A DNA stretch of 63,150 nt, filler included, from Klebsormidium nitens (taxonomy: Eukaryota > Plantae > Klebsormidiophyceae), in assembly GCA_000708835.1 (NCBI GenBank). It is 8 parts of 8 records of this genome, joined end to end, with 100 filler letters (N's around TTAATTAATTAA, not from the genome) between each part and the next. Parts side by side here need not be neighbours in the genome. Positions count along the whole stretch, not along the records: positions 19,939 to 38,474 come from DF237948.1; positions 38,575 to 44,339 come from DF238402.1; 6 more parts are not named here. One strand, 5' to 3'. The notes under the pieces are model-generated. The model saw nothing but the letters and a program-made list of their open reading frames with translations, searched no databases and was not told the DNA's origin. A program made the position numbers and the translations under genes. The number at the start of each line of letters is the position of its first letter. The stretch's first letter is position 1. This document shows, in pieces, positions 26,029 to 38,675 of the stretch.

Positions 26029-27476
26029 GGGCGTCGCTAGAAGCAGCGGGAATCGAGGAGAAGGGCTGTAGACTTCCGAGTTGTAGACTTTCGGCATGGT
26101 CGAGATGTAGGGATTGGTTTGTTATGATTCAATCGGATCGACTCAATATAGCGCCGCTCCCTATTTATGATCCCAAAGTGATTGTGAACAGATCAAGGGG
26201 AGAAAGCTAGAGTGTACACGGAAATTTTTCTTGACATGCCCCGCATATACAAAGAGGATAAATTTTGAACCTCTAGCTGGTGAGACACGTTTGAGAAGCA
26301 TACAGTGACCCTTAATAGTTGATGGAGAATCTATGTCAGCCGAAAGCTACCCTTTTTAAAAGTTAGCCCTAATACCGTCGAGATACGCCGACACTTTGTC
26401 GTGTTCGATACCGCTAAAGAAATGCATGACATTCCTGCCTCATCAAAGTTAGTGCACCGTCATTGCCAGTCTGTGATGATGCAAGGTTGAATCGATGGAT
26501 GCTGTGGCTCTGGCGCATTTTCCGATCAGATGCCATGCAACTGCCTCACATAATAGATCATGCCCTGCTATGGCAATCATTGAATCGAGCTAGGCTATGC
26601 ACCTGTAATTATGATACCAACATAAGTTGCAAGATGCACAGTACAAGCAACATGGGCTGCACTGAGTGTATGATGTGTTCCGTAAGAACAAATGGAGCGG
26701 GTCTAGCTCACTGTCAGGGACTCACTCAGTAGTGACCGTCCCCTCAATGTACTGATATACCGGTAATCAGGTTTATGCACACTGAGGTTGAGCCCCCGAA
26801 GGTCGGATTGCTCAAACAGCTAACGGTGCGCGCGCGCGCGCCTCAAAGCCGCACCCAGGCATGCAGGCTGCTGCCTACTACCTTGGATATAAATAGCTAC
26901 CGGTAATACTGGTAGGCGTCACTGAGTCAGATGTAGTACCGGGCCTCGTTACGTCTGACCTGCATGTCGACAGTTTTTCCCAGTATCATTAATTGGGTTG
27001 CTCCGGAGTCCGTACAGTGAACGGTACCTTGTAGCAAGCTGTAGGAACCGTAGCTCAGACTCGGCGGCGCACTTCGTTTCATCGTTTGACACCACCATCC
27101 AGCACCAAGGAATTTTCAGAATCAGGCATCCTGCACTACCTACAACAGTGTCAGGTTCAAAATTACCGTAGATCTACGGTACTGTACGGCAACTGTCCTC
27201 TGCTTCCAGATTGAATCCAGAGTCCCCATATTTTTGGAATTCCGATTCTGCAGCGCAGTGCAGCCACAGCCAGCTACGGTGGCCCAGGAGTGCTGCGCAC
27301 CGGTGCCAATGAGAAGGAGGGGGCCCGAGGCTGCATTATGATGCATAGCATTCAGCTCGCCAACTTGCACCGCTGCCATATATGCAGGCGTCCCGCTATC
27401 AAAAAGACGATGGTGGTTGGCCTGGTGGTTGGTCGGATGTAGATAGGCGCCCTCCAGTTTACGTCCTGCTGCCCCA

Positions 27477-30400
27477 ATGGCTCCCTCCTCCTCTTTGGGG
27501 GCCCTTTTCTCGGCAGTGCTGCTGGTCACACTTTGCTCCCAGCAAGGGGTCCAGGGGCAGCAGCCTTGCGGGACCACAGATAAGTGTGGGGGCTCGCTCG
27601 GATATGCCAACGCCAACGAAAACCCCATCAACATACACCTGTGCCAAATCACACCAGCCACCGTCTGCAACTTTGACATAGCAATAGGGCAAGGAAGCAG
27701 CACAAAACTGACGTTTGGATCGACGGTTGGGTATGGAACATTTGTCACACAATATCGAGCCCCTACCCAAGTAGCGCTTTCTGGCTGCTGTCAAAGCTGC
27801 AAAAATGATCCATTCTGCGATGCATGGAACCTTTACAATGGAAAGCGACGGAACTTCAATTGTTTATAATGACTGCTATCATATCAAGAGCGCCAATTGT
27901 ATGGGAGCAGTTCGCGTAGAGCGCGTGCAGGATTTCGAATGGAACACTGGTGCGGGGGGGGCTGCTGCTCAGGACCGCTGCCAAAGTGAGTCACGCTCAA
28001 ACCCTTTATGGAAAGTCGCTGCCCATCAGACCTCTTTCTGACTTTGGATTAAAATACATCCCACCGCTCCCCGAGCTTTGATCCTTGATTAGAAACCCTT
28101 TGAATGTCATTGGTCAAAATCAGACTCATGTAACAACAAGGGCCAATTCTTCTGGCCCTCGTCACTTGGTCCTCAATCCGGGAAAACAGTGCTTTGAGAC
28201 CCGGCAATGTACGTGATGGAGCCTTTGCTAGGATTCAAATGACAGACTTGTCCAGAAAATTGTTGAAAGCAGACTCACCTTGTTTGCTGCTTCAGGCTTG
28301 CAGCTCCAATCCAGCAAGCAAAAAGGGAGCTCACATAACCTTTGGGTGTACTTGCATCCCATGCGAGCTTTCACAGCTTGCAGCCCTGTTTTATAGTCAA
28401 CTTCATTATGCAGCTGGACATCAATGTGAAATGTTTGTTCTAGTGAGTATGTGTGTTCTTCTCTCTGCCTGCCCCCGAACCAAAAGTAGGCCATCGAAAG
28501 GGAGGACAAACTGATGAGGTGTATTTGTGTCCTACATAAGGGAATGTCGACATGCATTGTCTGACAATTGTAAAGGGAACTGAACATTGCGTAGTGGTTG
28601 ACAACCCGCTGCCATTGCCTATGTATCGATCCATACCCACACCATCTGTTTGTGCAGACGAGGGCACGGTGAACGGCTGTTTGGACCCGCACTTTGTGGT
28701 CCAGACCTCCTCAGGCCTCGCCTCTCAGGACTTCTCTTTTGACTTCCATGGGTTGGCAAATAAGATATACTGCATGCTGGCGGATATTGCCCTGCAGGTG
28801 AGAGCATACAAGATTGAGTTCTTAGGGGCTGACCTCATATGTTATCATTCTTGATTAGTTACCGCTTTGGGGGTATTCTGCCTTCATGTTCCAGCTTGTG
28901 CTTGTTCAGTCTGGCACCATAAGCCAAAAGCAATCTTATAGACCAATAGAACTCATAGTAGAATGCTGTTGACTCCGCTGCAAGGCCAATTTAGCCTTCC
29001 AGGTCTTAGGGGTAATCCCCATGGTGGAGGGCAGCCATGTCAGCTGTACGTTTCTGATTACCGTCTAATCCCACCAGGTTTCTCTCATTTTTATTGAGTT
29101 CACAGCTTATTCTTTGAATGGATGAGGTAAAGAATCCTTGCCGGGCTGAACATGAGGAGCTACCATCGGGAAAATTCTGATCAAAGATAAACAATCAATT
29201 AAGACACATGGTTGAAGTTAACTTCTTTTTGTCATTGCCAACCTCTTTGGAAGCACTTGTCCAGTCCTGTCCAGGGATTTTCCGCTCCCCTTCGAACAAA
29301 GCACACTGCACAGAGCCTTACGTGTCTTATGTTGTGGCCTCTCCCTTATCGCTTTCCCTCATCAGCCTTTGTTGAACCAGCTTACTACATCTTGTTCCAT
29401 ATCTTCACATTGCCTCTTGCAGTTGAATGTGCGCATGTTTGGGATTCCGCCAGCATCCAAGGTGATTGAGCGAAAGTCGGACCTTGGGGACGACTTCTTC
29501 ACCGGTACGTGGATGGACGCCATTGGCTTTGTCTATACCAGCAAGGGCGGGGCTCCAAAGAATCTTGCAATCGAGCTGGACCACGACAAGGCACGCAGTG
29601 GAGCGTTTCCCTTTCGTGTGGTACATGATGGAGAGGACCTGAGCGAGATTTTGGTGAGCCATTTGAAGCCACATGCATGCTTCTGTCTCGGGTGGACCTT
29701 GTTTGTCAAGCGGGCCAGTGTCATCTGACGGCAGATGAGATTACATTTGAAAAAGACTCATGCGGGAGAACGTTTGAAGAACTCTTGCGAATTGGAAATC
29801 GCGAGATAGCCCTATCTTGTTCCTACCAGTGGTCCTGTCCATTCACTCACAAAAAGCTTCCGTCTTCAAGTGGGCACAATCGAGCTAGGATCTGGTGCCT
29901 TAACTTCGGTCAAATTTTTTGACGTTCTAGTGATTCTAGTGGGGTGTTTTCAAATGGGTCCCTTATCTCCGGATACGGCGGAAGGCGTGAGGAGAGGGCA
30001 CTCTTGTGATGATGATAGGTTGAGCCCAGCCCAATCAGCAGCCCTCTTTCTCAACACCTGTCAGTGTTATCAAACGATCATCAAGGCCCGTGATTAGCAG
30101 ATAGTTTGTGGCTTTTGCCCTGTAGCTGTTCCATGAAAAGCTTCAAGTTTCGGGGCCAGATCTCGCAAGGTGCAAGTTTGGAAGAGTGAAAGTCATAACT
30201 ATTGTATCTGTCAGGTGGCTCAGGAAGGTGCCACGTGGACCAGTCAAGATGGAGCCGTAACCGTCTCACGCCCACCCAATAGCGTCAGCATTCTGAGTGT
30301 TGACATCAAGGAGGTTTTGAATATGGTCGTGAGCTCCGAAACCGAGGAGGAGATCATTGTCGAGCCGCGCATCTACTTCCTCAACTTCGAGCTCAAGAAT

Positions 30401-32168
30401 ATAGTCACAACGCCTTCAGTGCACGGGGTGAGTTGAAGGGGGGGGAGCGCAGGAAGGAAGGGAAAAGAAAGTTGAAAAAGGAGGCGCCAATATTGTAAAA
30501 TGGACCCATGAAAAGTTTCTAAAAGTTCAGAAGTAGGTGGCTGAACGGGCGAGCCTCATTTGCAGGCAATGTTTTGAAAGAGAATTATTTTCACCATTAC
30601 CGAAGTTTCCCCCACTAATGGACTCGGCATAGAGGAACTACTCGAGGACATGGTTGCAGCCCCTAGCCTCCGAACTCCGAAATCATGAGCTGGATCCGAG
30701 AGTTGATTACTATCCTGACATTGAGCAAGCACTATTATTAACTGAGGAGCCTAGCATAAGTTGTCTGTCTAGCTAAATAATCAAGAGGACCTTCAGAACA
30801 ATCGAGCCACGAGCGGCGCTGCATACAGATCTTGTTCGCGCCTTTTAACCTGATTGACTGATCATTCAGAGCAGTACCAAGAGTAGTCAGCTAATATCAT
30901 CGAATACGCACGGCTTCTCTGATCGAGCTGTTTGCCAAGTTGGAGATTGGCATGGGCACCTCATAGGCATCGTCTTTTTGTTTTTGCAGGCTTTCAAGTA
31001 TACCACTTTCGGGAACTTGTCTCGATGCAGCAGAGCTCGGGTTCTCTCCAGCTAACCAGGCTTTGAACCTTTTCAAAGCTTTTGTCGACCCTATAGGTGT
31101 GCAATCGGTGTTCTAACAATGCTCCCTGTCGTTGGCAGTTTTTGGGCCAGATGTATGCCCCTGGAGCAATCGAAGAACGCCTAGCGATGGGGACTCTGGA
31201 GGGGTTTCGCCATCGCGAGTACGTGGAAGGTACTGATGAGGAGTACGAGACATCCGATCTCACCGCAACGGATTGCAGCTTCAACCGTTTTGGCAAAGTG
31301 AGAACAAAATCCTCTTACACTCACGATTGGATTCCAGTATCTCATAAGACGGTGGCCGGTGGGTTAGCGATTTGTACTCGGATGAGTTGCTAGGCACGAA
31401 GGGAAAGCACTTCTCATCGTCCATCCATGTTTTCAGTCGCTTGGCCGTGACATCAAAATGCTGTAGCCGTTAAGCCCCATGTTCGGAATGTCTGGCCCTC
31501 AAGTTTGTGGGTGATCCAGTTGACTGGTTCTACATGGGGTTTCGTCCTTTTCCAGCTTTTGTCAAACTGAGCCCGTTTCAAGCGCAACATTTGATTGTCA
31601 TAGAGGTTTGAAAATGGCTTCTCCTTCATGCCACTGCCCGTGCTTCGATCAATACCATAACAGCATGTGGTATGTGGAAGGTACAACACCCAAAGGCAAA
31701 TTAAAGTCGTCGTTTTGGCCTCGTAATGACAGGAGCAACTAGACCCAAACCACCTTGGATTCCAGGCTGTTGAGCGGTTGACGGGTTGAGGCTTCTCATT
31801 TTGAGTAGAGGTTCATTGAAGTGGATATCAAGCCCATATGTTTTTGTCAAGACCGATCTGTGCAAATAGCAGGCGCTTCCCATACGCTTCATTGATACTC
31901 CATTTGCGGGTCGCTTTATTCAGGCTGCACGTTTGAAGTTGTGAGGTTCCGACCTGATCCCATTCTTGACTCCGTGCAGGCCCAATCTAACGCGGTCGAC
32001 CTCAAGGGCACGGCTTCTTCAGACACAACTATCAACCGTCGCCTATTACAACACTCGCCTTCGATCGACACGGGGATCATTGGCCTCGCTTCTTCCCCAT
32101 TTGCATGCCACTTGGTGAACAAGCGTCTAGGGGCTATCTCCATCTCATGTGAAGCCAATGGGTTGTAA
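27477..32168 (+). CDS. Secreted PAN/Apple + root-cap (VWD-like) domain protein, one +1 frameshift at ~27830
   Basis: Signal peptide; CCQSCKNDPFCDAWN...DCY...WNTG. GT-AG exons 27477-27985, 28658-28797 (LDPHF, FDFHG, YCMLAD), 29423-29653 (TWMDAIG), 30215-30427 (LNFEL...VHG), 31139-31297 (FLGQMY...YETSDLTATDCSFNRF), 31980-32168 (RRLL, Cys-containing tail). The last exon is the least certain. Confidence 0.8.
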
Positions 32169-32974
32169 AGCATCTGCCTGGCGGCGTCTAGACCGGCCGC
32201 TAAGTTCGAACCTTGGAAGGGATGCAATTGTAAAGTCTCTGGTGCTCTTATTAGCTAATAGCCGGGATTGGTTACTTGCTTGATCTTGTGTACGCTTTGA
32301 CAGCGAAGAATAAGTTGTGTACAACCAGCACAAAGTTGATATTTGGTTTATAATCAGACCTACCTTGTCACGAGTTGATCGAGGGTGTTCCCGTACTTGC
32401 CAAAGTTTAAAAAGGCCCCTTAATTGTAAACCTGCAATGTCTCGTCGGTACTAATTGTCATCGAGCGTCAGTGACCTTCGTCAATTAGGAGAGATCGGAG
32501 TGGCGTCGGAGATTTCGTTCTTGATACACGCAGATCAAGTCAGTAAGAGACACATATGAAACGTCACGGATGCGACGCCACAGCCGTCATTGAGGTATGC
32601 GACGTCCATTCTGTTACATATGGTGGCGGTGTGGTCTTCAATCGCAGCTTCTGCCTATACTCTTTCGGCGAAACGATTGAAGGAACCTTCCTGTCTGGAA
32701 GTTTACTCCTTCACTTCCACGCCCGACGGATGAATGTTTCTAATATGTTTTTTACATTTCCAGCCCTTTCTATGAGCAACTGAGGGGCTTGTTTCGGGCC
32801 ACGACAATTTTTCAAAAAACGGATGCTTGACCGTGTTACCACGCCGTAAGTTCCAAGTATGGTTCAATTCCAGCAATCGAACTCCTTTCCAGCGGTCAGA
32901 TCGATCAGGCAGATTCATGCCCCGTCAACCCATCTTGTTCCTTTTTGTGGGCGTTGAAACCAAAGCTCCACCCG

Positions 32975-35900
32975 CATTTAACCACCTGATGCAAGGCCAC
33001 GTAACCCACGCCGTAGGTCCAGACTTTTACCTCGAGTCATGGACGACCTTTTAAACTTCAGCGGCGAGATCAAACAATTAGCGAAGCACTATTCGGAGCA
33101 GTCCAATTACCTCGAGTTGTTAACGAACGAGACCGAAGCTGATTCCGGTGAGAAGGGTTCGGCGATAGCGACGGATCTGAACTCCGCGGAAGAGGGGGAG
33201 AAGCAGCCGGGCCATGCGGCAGAGCTCTTGCAGGTAAACGACGAGTCACTGGCACCTTGTCGCTACACGTACGTGGCTCTGCGCCAGAGCATCCTAAGCT
33301 GCTGGGGATATCAAATGACCCTAACTGCGTTCCGCCGGAACTACCAGCTCCGAGGCTTTTTGCAATGTCTGAACGCTAATGTCTGAAACAAGCTCCAAAT
33401 GGAGCCACAGCATTAACCCTTGATCGCACAAAACCTTTCACTTCGTCATGACCAGAGTCGTGAAGAACCCTGACGTCGAACTTTCCCTGTGCCAAGATAA
33501 AACCTGCTAATCTCTTTAGGAAGCTTACAGAACGTAGGCTCGACCATTCTCCGGTCATCCAAAATTTATCTAAGGCAGTGCATCCTGAAGTAAGCCATCA
33601 GAAGTGAAATTTCGCTGACGTCATTCCCTTTTAAAGCTGGCGAACTTCACATTTGCAGGACGGAAACCTGCTGTGGTTCTCAGGAAGCATTGAGAATTAC
33701 GTGTACTTCGTGTTGAAGATAACCGGACTAGAACACCACCAAGCTTCCCAAATCGGTCAGCCCAAGGTCCTGATCCGAAACCGCCCACTCGTCCAGGTAA
33801 GCCGATGACGTCAGCCGCGTTCTTGGTGACGTCAGCATCGTCCAGCTTGTTTGCTTCTGTCAGTTGCGGGCCGCTTATTTGGGAGAACCTCTGGTAACGC
33901 AGATTATGAAGCGCCAAAATCGTCCGCAAGACTAGGTTCGCCATGAAAAAAATCTGCTGGCAGAATGAATCACGAAGTCGAGCGCCAAACGACTGAGCAG
34001 GAGGCGTTTTTTCGTTTCCCAGTCCTTGTTAGTTCGGTGCATGAAGTCTTCAAAGTCAAATCAGAAGGGATACAAAAGGCGTCTTTCTCCTGTGCAGGTT
34101 TCCGTGGCTTACGACAGCCTTATCTCCGGGCAGACCGTTCGGCACGCCGCGTTTCGCACCAAGAACGACGCGGATGTTCCGGCAATACATCGCCAGGTAA
34201 AGCGCCCCTGCTCGACCCCGAAATAATCTCCAACTGCTCAATCTAAAGATTGTGCGTTCTGGGAATGTACCAATATCGAGGTGACAGTCTGCTAAAACAC
34301 GGTGGATTGCGAGGGTTTCAAATGACCGCGTTTGACGGGCATACTTCGGTCCGCCGAGCTGTTCCGCTTGTGCCATGTCTCTATCAACCGGGGTCCGTCG
34401 GCTCGACATCGGAACGGGCGTCTCGCAGCGCATGAGCACTTCGAACAATTGTGCGATTTGGTCGAACGGACACGAGGTTTGCCGACTTAGTTCTTAAAAG
34501 GTTGCTATCTTCAAACAATTTCCTACAGAAGTAATGCTGCAAGTCCGCTGGCTTCCGCATCCGTCCGGCGGCGTGGTTCCGCTTAACACCGGAACAAGCC
34601 TGAGCTTCCGCTCGCGTTTCAAAGAAGGCAACAAAATCCGACCAGATTGAGACCAAGATAGCCGTCGCCAATCTAACTTTTCTAAACACAGATTGTGAAA
34701 TGCAGATTATAATTATTCTTCAGGGTCAACGCCTTTCCGCCGACGTGCGAGACATTCCGCTCCAGCCGGGCGACGTTCTTCTGCTGGACACCGGAACGAG
34801 CTTCCCCAAGCGCTTCCAAGGACGAACGTGCGTTCTCGATCATCAAGGGCGTCCCGGACACGTCACCGCTCAAGTCGAAGAAGGTGTGGATTGCGATCGG
34901 CCTTGCCACCGCCATGATTTCGACACAGGTGAGGCATAGGGATCTCCAGGTTTCAAAATTGCAGAGTTGTTGGAATGTGAGCGCACGGAGTTGCACAATG
35001 ACCTGGTGGTTTCCGTACCAAGACCAGGAATCATGTGCGTGGTTTGCGATCGGCCTGGCCATCGCTATGATCTCAACACACGTGAGCACTTCAGTGTTCA
35101 AGCAGATACCAGAAGAGTCTTCAGCGCTTCTCACAGTCTAGCTTCAGTCATCGCCGGGTCAAGTGACGAAAAGGTGGAAGGTGTTTGGCTGGCCACGCTA
35201 TGAAGGCCACAAAGCTTAACGGCTTGATCTTCCGAGGTTCGGAGTTTCATTTTGACGCCTCTACAGACCAGGAGCTCTTTTTGCTTCAGTATCATGCGTG
35301 GCTAGGCATACGTCTTGGCCGCTTATTTGTGAAAGCGAGCGGATGGGCAGACACCGGCTTCAAAGCACCAACCAATTCTTATCACTTTGAGATCTTTCTC
35401 CGTAGCGGCTGCTAGGTCTGGTTACATTCTGTTTCTTCGTTCATTTCCTTTCGTTCGATTTGTGAGCGGTGTGCGCAGACACCGTCCCGGAGTACACCAA
35501 TCTGATCACTTGGGATCTTTTGGGCAGACTGTGCGGCTGCTTCCGGTTCCGTTGCTACTCTCTCGTCCGCTCGTTCCGTTCAGAGTGCGACCAGAGCGGC
35601 CAGAGTCCGTTCTGAAACACACGAATCTTCTTTCTGCGAGGATCATCACTGCGAAGCTTTTGCTCCTGAGCGGGCTCCTTCCGGTTCCGTTGCTACATCC
35701 GGCTCCTCGTTCCGTTCAAGCGGAGCGGAGCAGCGTCCGGAAGCCGGTCCGGAGTACAGCAATCTGTCTACCGAGGGGCTCATGACTTCCGGGCTTCTGC
35801 TTGAGCGGCTGCTCATTCTTCTAACATTCCACTCCGTTCCGTTCCGTTCAGATCGCGAGCGGAGCCGCGGACGGCCTTCCTGGAATACATCAATCTGTTC

Positions 35901-37210
35901 ACCGCGGGGATCATTACGGCGGGGCTGATGCTTCTAAGCGGCTGCTAAAAACGGAAAGCAGGCACGTGACAGCATTGACAGCATTTGCGTTCGCATTCTT
36001 GACGGCTATTGAGGCCGGGTGCCGGGAGTCGCGCAGGCTATTGCTGACGTCCTCGCTGACGTCAGTGAGTAGTTTCAGCTCTTTTGGCTGATGAGAGTAT
36101 TGCTCCGAGTCTCGGGTGGCCTACCATAGGTCGCGCGTTCTTATGCGTATTCTGTGATTTGTCAATAAGCGATCTGCGCTCAGTAGGAAATGGAGACGTA
36201 CTTTTCTTTCGCTCAATTTGAACAAGCCGAAACATGTATCTCTCCGACACATTTCTACCTGTCGTTTCTGCGTTTGGTCAGCTTCATCCATGGTCTGCGT
36301 CATATTATTGCGGTCGCTTGCTTCATCTTTACGTTCTGCTCGATCATCCTGAGCAGCTCCGCGCATATCTTTTCCGTCCTGATTTTTTGTTCAGCTCGCT
36401 CCGGCTTCGTGTTCGAGATCTCCATTGAAGTGAACAGAGGACCCTTGAGATGTGGGCGGGGAAAAGGCGGCCGCGTGCGTCGCTTCCTTTTTGAACCCGA
36501 AGTTTCTACAGCGCCCTGATTTTATCCTTAGCCCACAAACCCAGATTCTTAGCACTCTCCATATCTGCATTACAGGTGACGCCATTGGTGGAAAGGCGGC
36601 CGCGTTCGTCGCCAATCACATTACGACCGCGTTCCTGACCGAGATCGTGAGAAACAACGTGGCCGGCGCGCTTATGTACCCCATAGCCGCTCGACTCGTG
36701 GGCGCGCTCGGCGTGGTGCCATCGCGGGTGACGGTCGTGGTAATGCTGGGGGCGTCAGCCGGATTCACGCTTCCGTACCGCTACAAGACCAACCTGATGG
36801 TTTGCCGGTAATCGCACTTCTTGAGCAGATACACCCCTTTGTTTCCGGCCTGGGTCTTACGGTCACGGGATCAATCGGCCTGCGAAAGGTTCCGCTTCGA
36901 TCAGTCTGACAAAGTGCTGCCGCGCCGGGCTCGTCTCTGGGGCCAGCTTTCCGCATCGCTTTCTCTTGGGATGAGGGTGCGAATATTCGGACTCCTAAGG
37001 ACGACAAAGATTTGCAGACTCTCTTTGCGATGTGATCGAATGTAACAAGCTGCCTTCTCCGGAGCGCCGGCTGTTCGGTCGCTGACGTGCGCGACATGAA
37101 TTCCGTTTCCGTCAGACGACGCCCTTCTGCTCAACATCGGAACCAGCTGTCCGCAGCGCTTTGGAGTAGATTGTGCGTTCTCGCTTAGAATGTTAGAAGA
37201 AACCGACAAG
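32975..37210 (+). pseudogene. SLT: SLT/SLC13 transporter pseudogene, copy 2, plus an extra exon remnant at ~37075-37200
   Basis: Paralogous exons to copy 1, including MLGASAGFTLPYRYKTNLMV. The TrkA-C exons at 20750-21890 of copy 1 are missing here; multiple stops and frameshifts; no final exon. Confidence 0.88.
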
Positions 37211-38675
37211 ACTTTGTGTCTGATATGTCAAGGAACGTTCTCGATCCTAAAAGCCTTCTTCAGGCTCACCGCTTGTGCGCCGACGTACGAGAGGATCCTA
37301 CTTCAAGGCAGAAGCGCTCGCGCCCCCAATCAGGAGGTCCATCAAGTCATTGATATTTGAATGCTGTGGCTCTAGCGCGCCCCGATTGACCGACGAGCCT
37401 ATGATCCTGCCGTACCATGGCATGCAAGACGCACAGGCTACGTATATAAGTAGTGGCATGACGTGGCCCTGGTCAGTACAGATTGACCGTCAGCTCACTG
37501 ATTCAGTGGTAGCGCGGTTCTGAAAGCCACGCTGCCTCGGGCACCCTTAGTGTACTGTGTGCACGTGTGTGTCATCATCTGGCATGTATGGGGGAGCCCA
37601 GATTTAAAGCCAAGTCCAACCGGTTGCACGTATACCTAGTTAAAGCTACGCGTGCAGGCCAATGAAGCCAGGGTCCAAACTCCAACCCGCAGCGCACTGA
37701 GCGCTGTAGTATGGCCGCTGGCGGATTCGACATGGATTCCACAAAGAATTGAGTGCCGCATGATGCATCCACTCAGGCATATGCATGTCTCCTCTCACAA
37801 CGTGTCCGAGGTTTGGGCTCAATGCACCCAAGTGGCTTGCATGAGATGTACCGTCAATGCGTACAGCGGCGCTCATATTTAAGATATCAGCGCGCGCTTT
37901 GCAAGCGCTGGCACGCGCCCGGCCTCGCCCCCTCAATGGCCCTCTTATTATAAATTAAAGCGAAGTAAACAAGTGACAAATTCATGACGATCTTCGGCCT
38001 TGAAGCAGAACATATACAGCACGTATCACATGTTCTTGCCGTCGAGAGTGGAAACGATCGGAATTAACGAGGACAAATCTTACGGAATAAGCGAGTACGG
38101 TGTCCTCTTTATCGTGGAACTTCAATGGCAACGGCGTGTCTGTGTTTTTTCTCTCCTCACTACATCAGATCAACCGCCGCGCATACAGCATGTAAGTTTA
38201 ATTGTAGCTATTAGACTAAATTTCCTGCATTACGATCAGGGCCGTTGAGACTGCCTTTCCAACTTGTAAGTCAGAAGTTCTTCCAAGCGGGCTGATCTAC
38301 TGATATTGCAAGAGATCTCTCCTACGACTTTGCCGTCAACTGAGCTGACGGCCTATGCGACGTGACGTATACTCAGCGCTCTAGTCAAGGTGGTAAGACG
38401 GTATTCGACAGTGGGAGCATGTTCAAAACCCTAAAGCTTGATGTAGAGTTCATGGATTTGCAATCCGTTTTTTCNNNNNNNNNNNNNNNNNNNNNNNNNN
38501 NNNNNNNNNNNNNNNNNNTTAATTAATTAANNNNNNNNNNNNNNNNNNNNNNNNNNNNNNNNNNNNNNNNNNNNGTATTGCTGCGGCTCTTCAGCAGCTT
38601 TTCCTGCAGAAGATGACATTTGCGGAGCTGAGTGGGGCAGCTTATTGATGGGCCCTGGATGCTGCAGCATCCTCC

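Noticed and set aside
31453-32333. Several minus-strand ORFs
   Set aside because: No motifs; partly antisense to the probable last exon of the root-cap gene.
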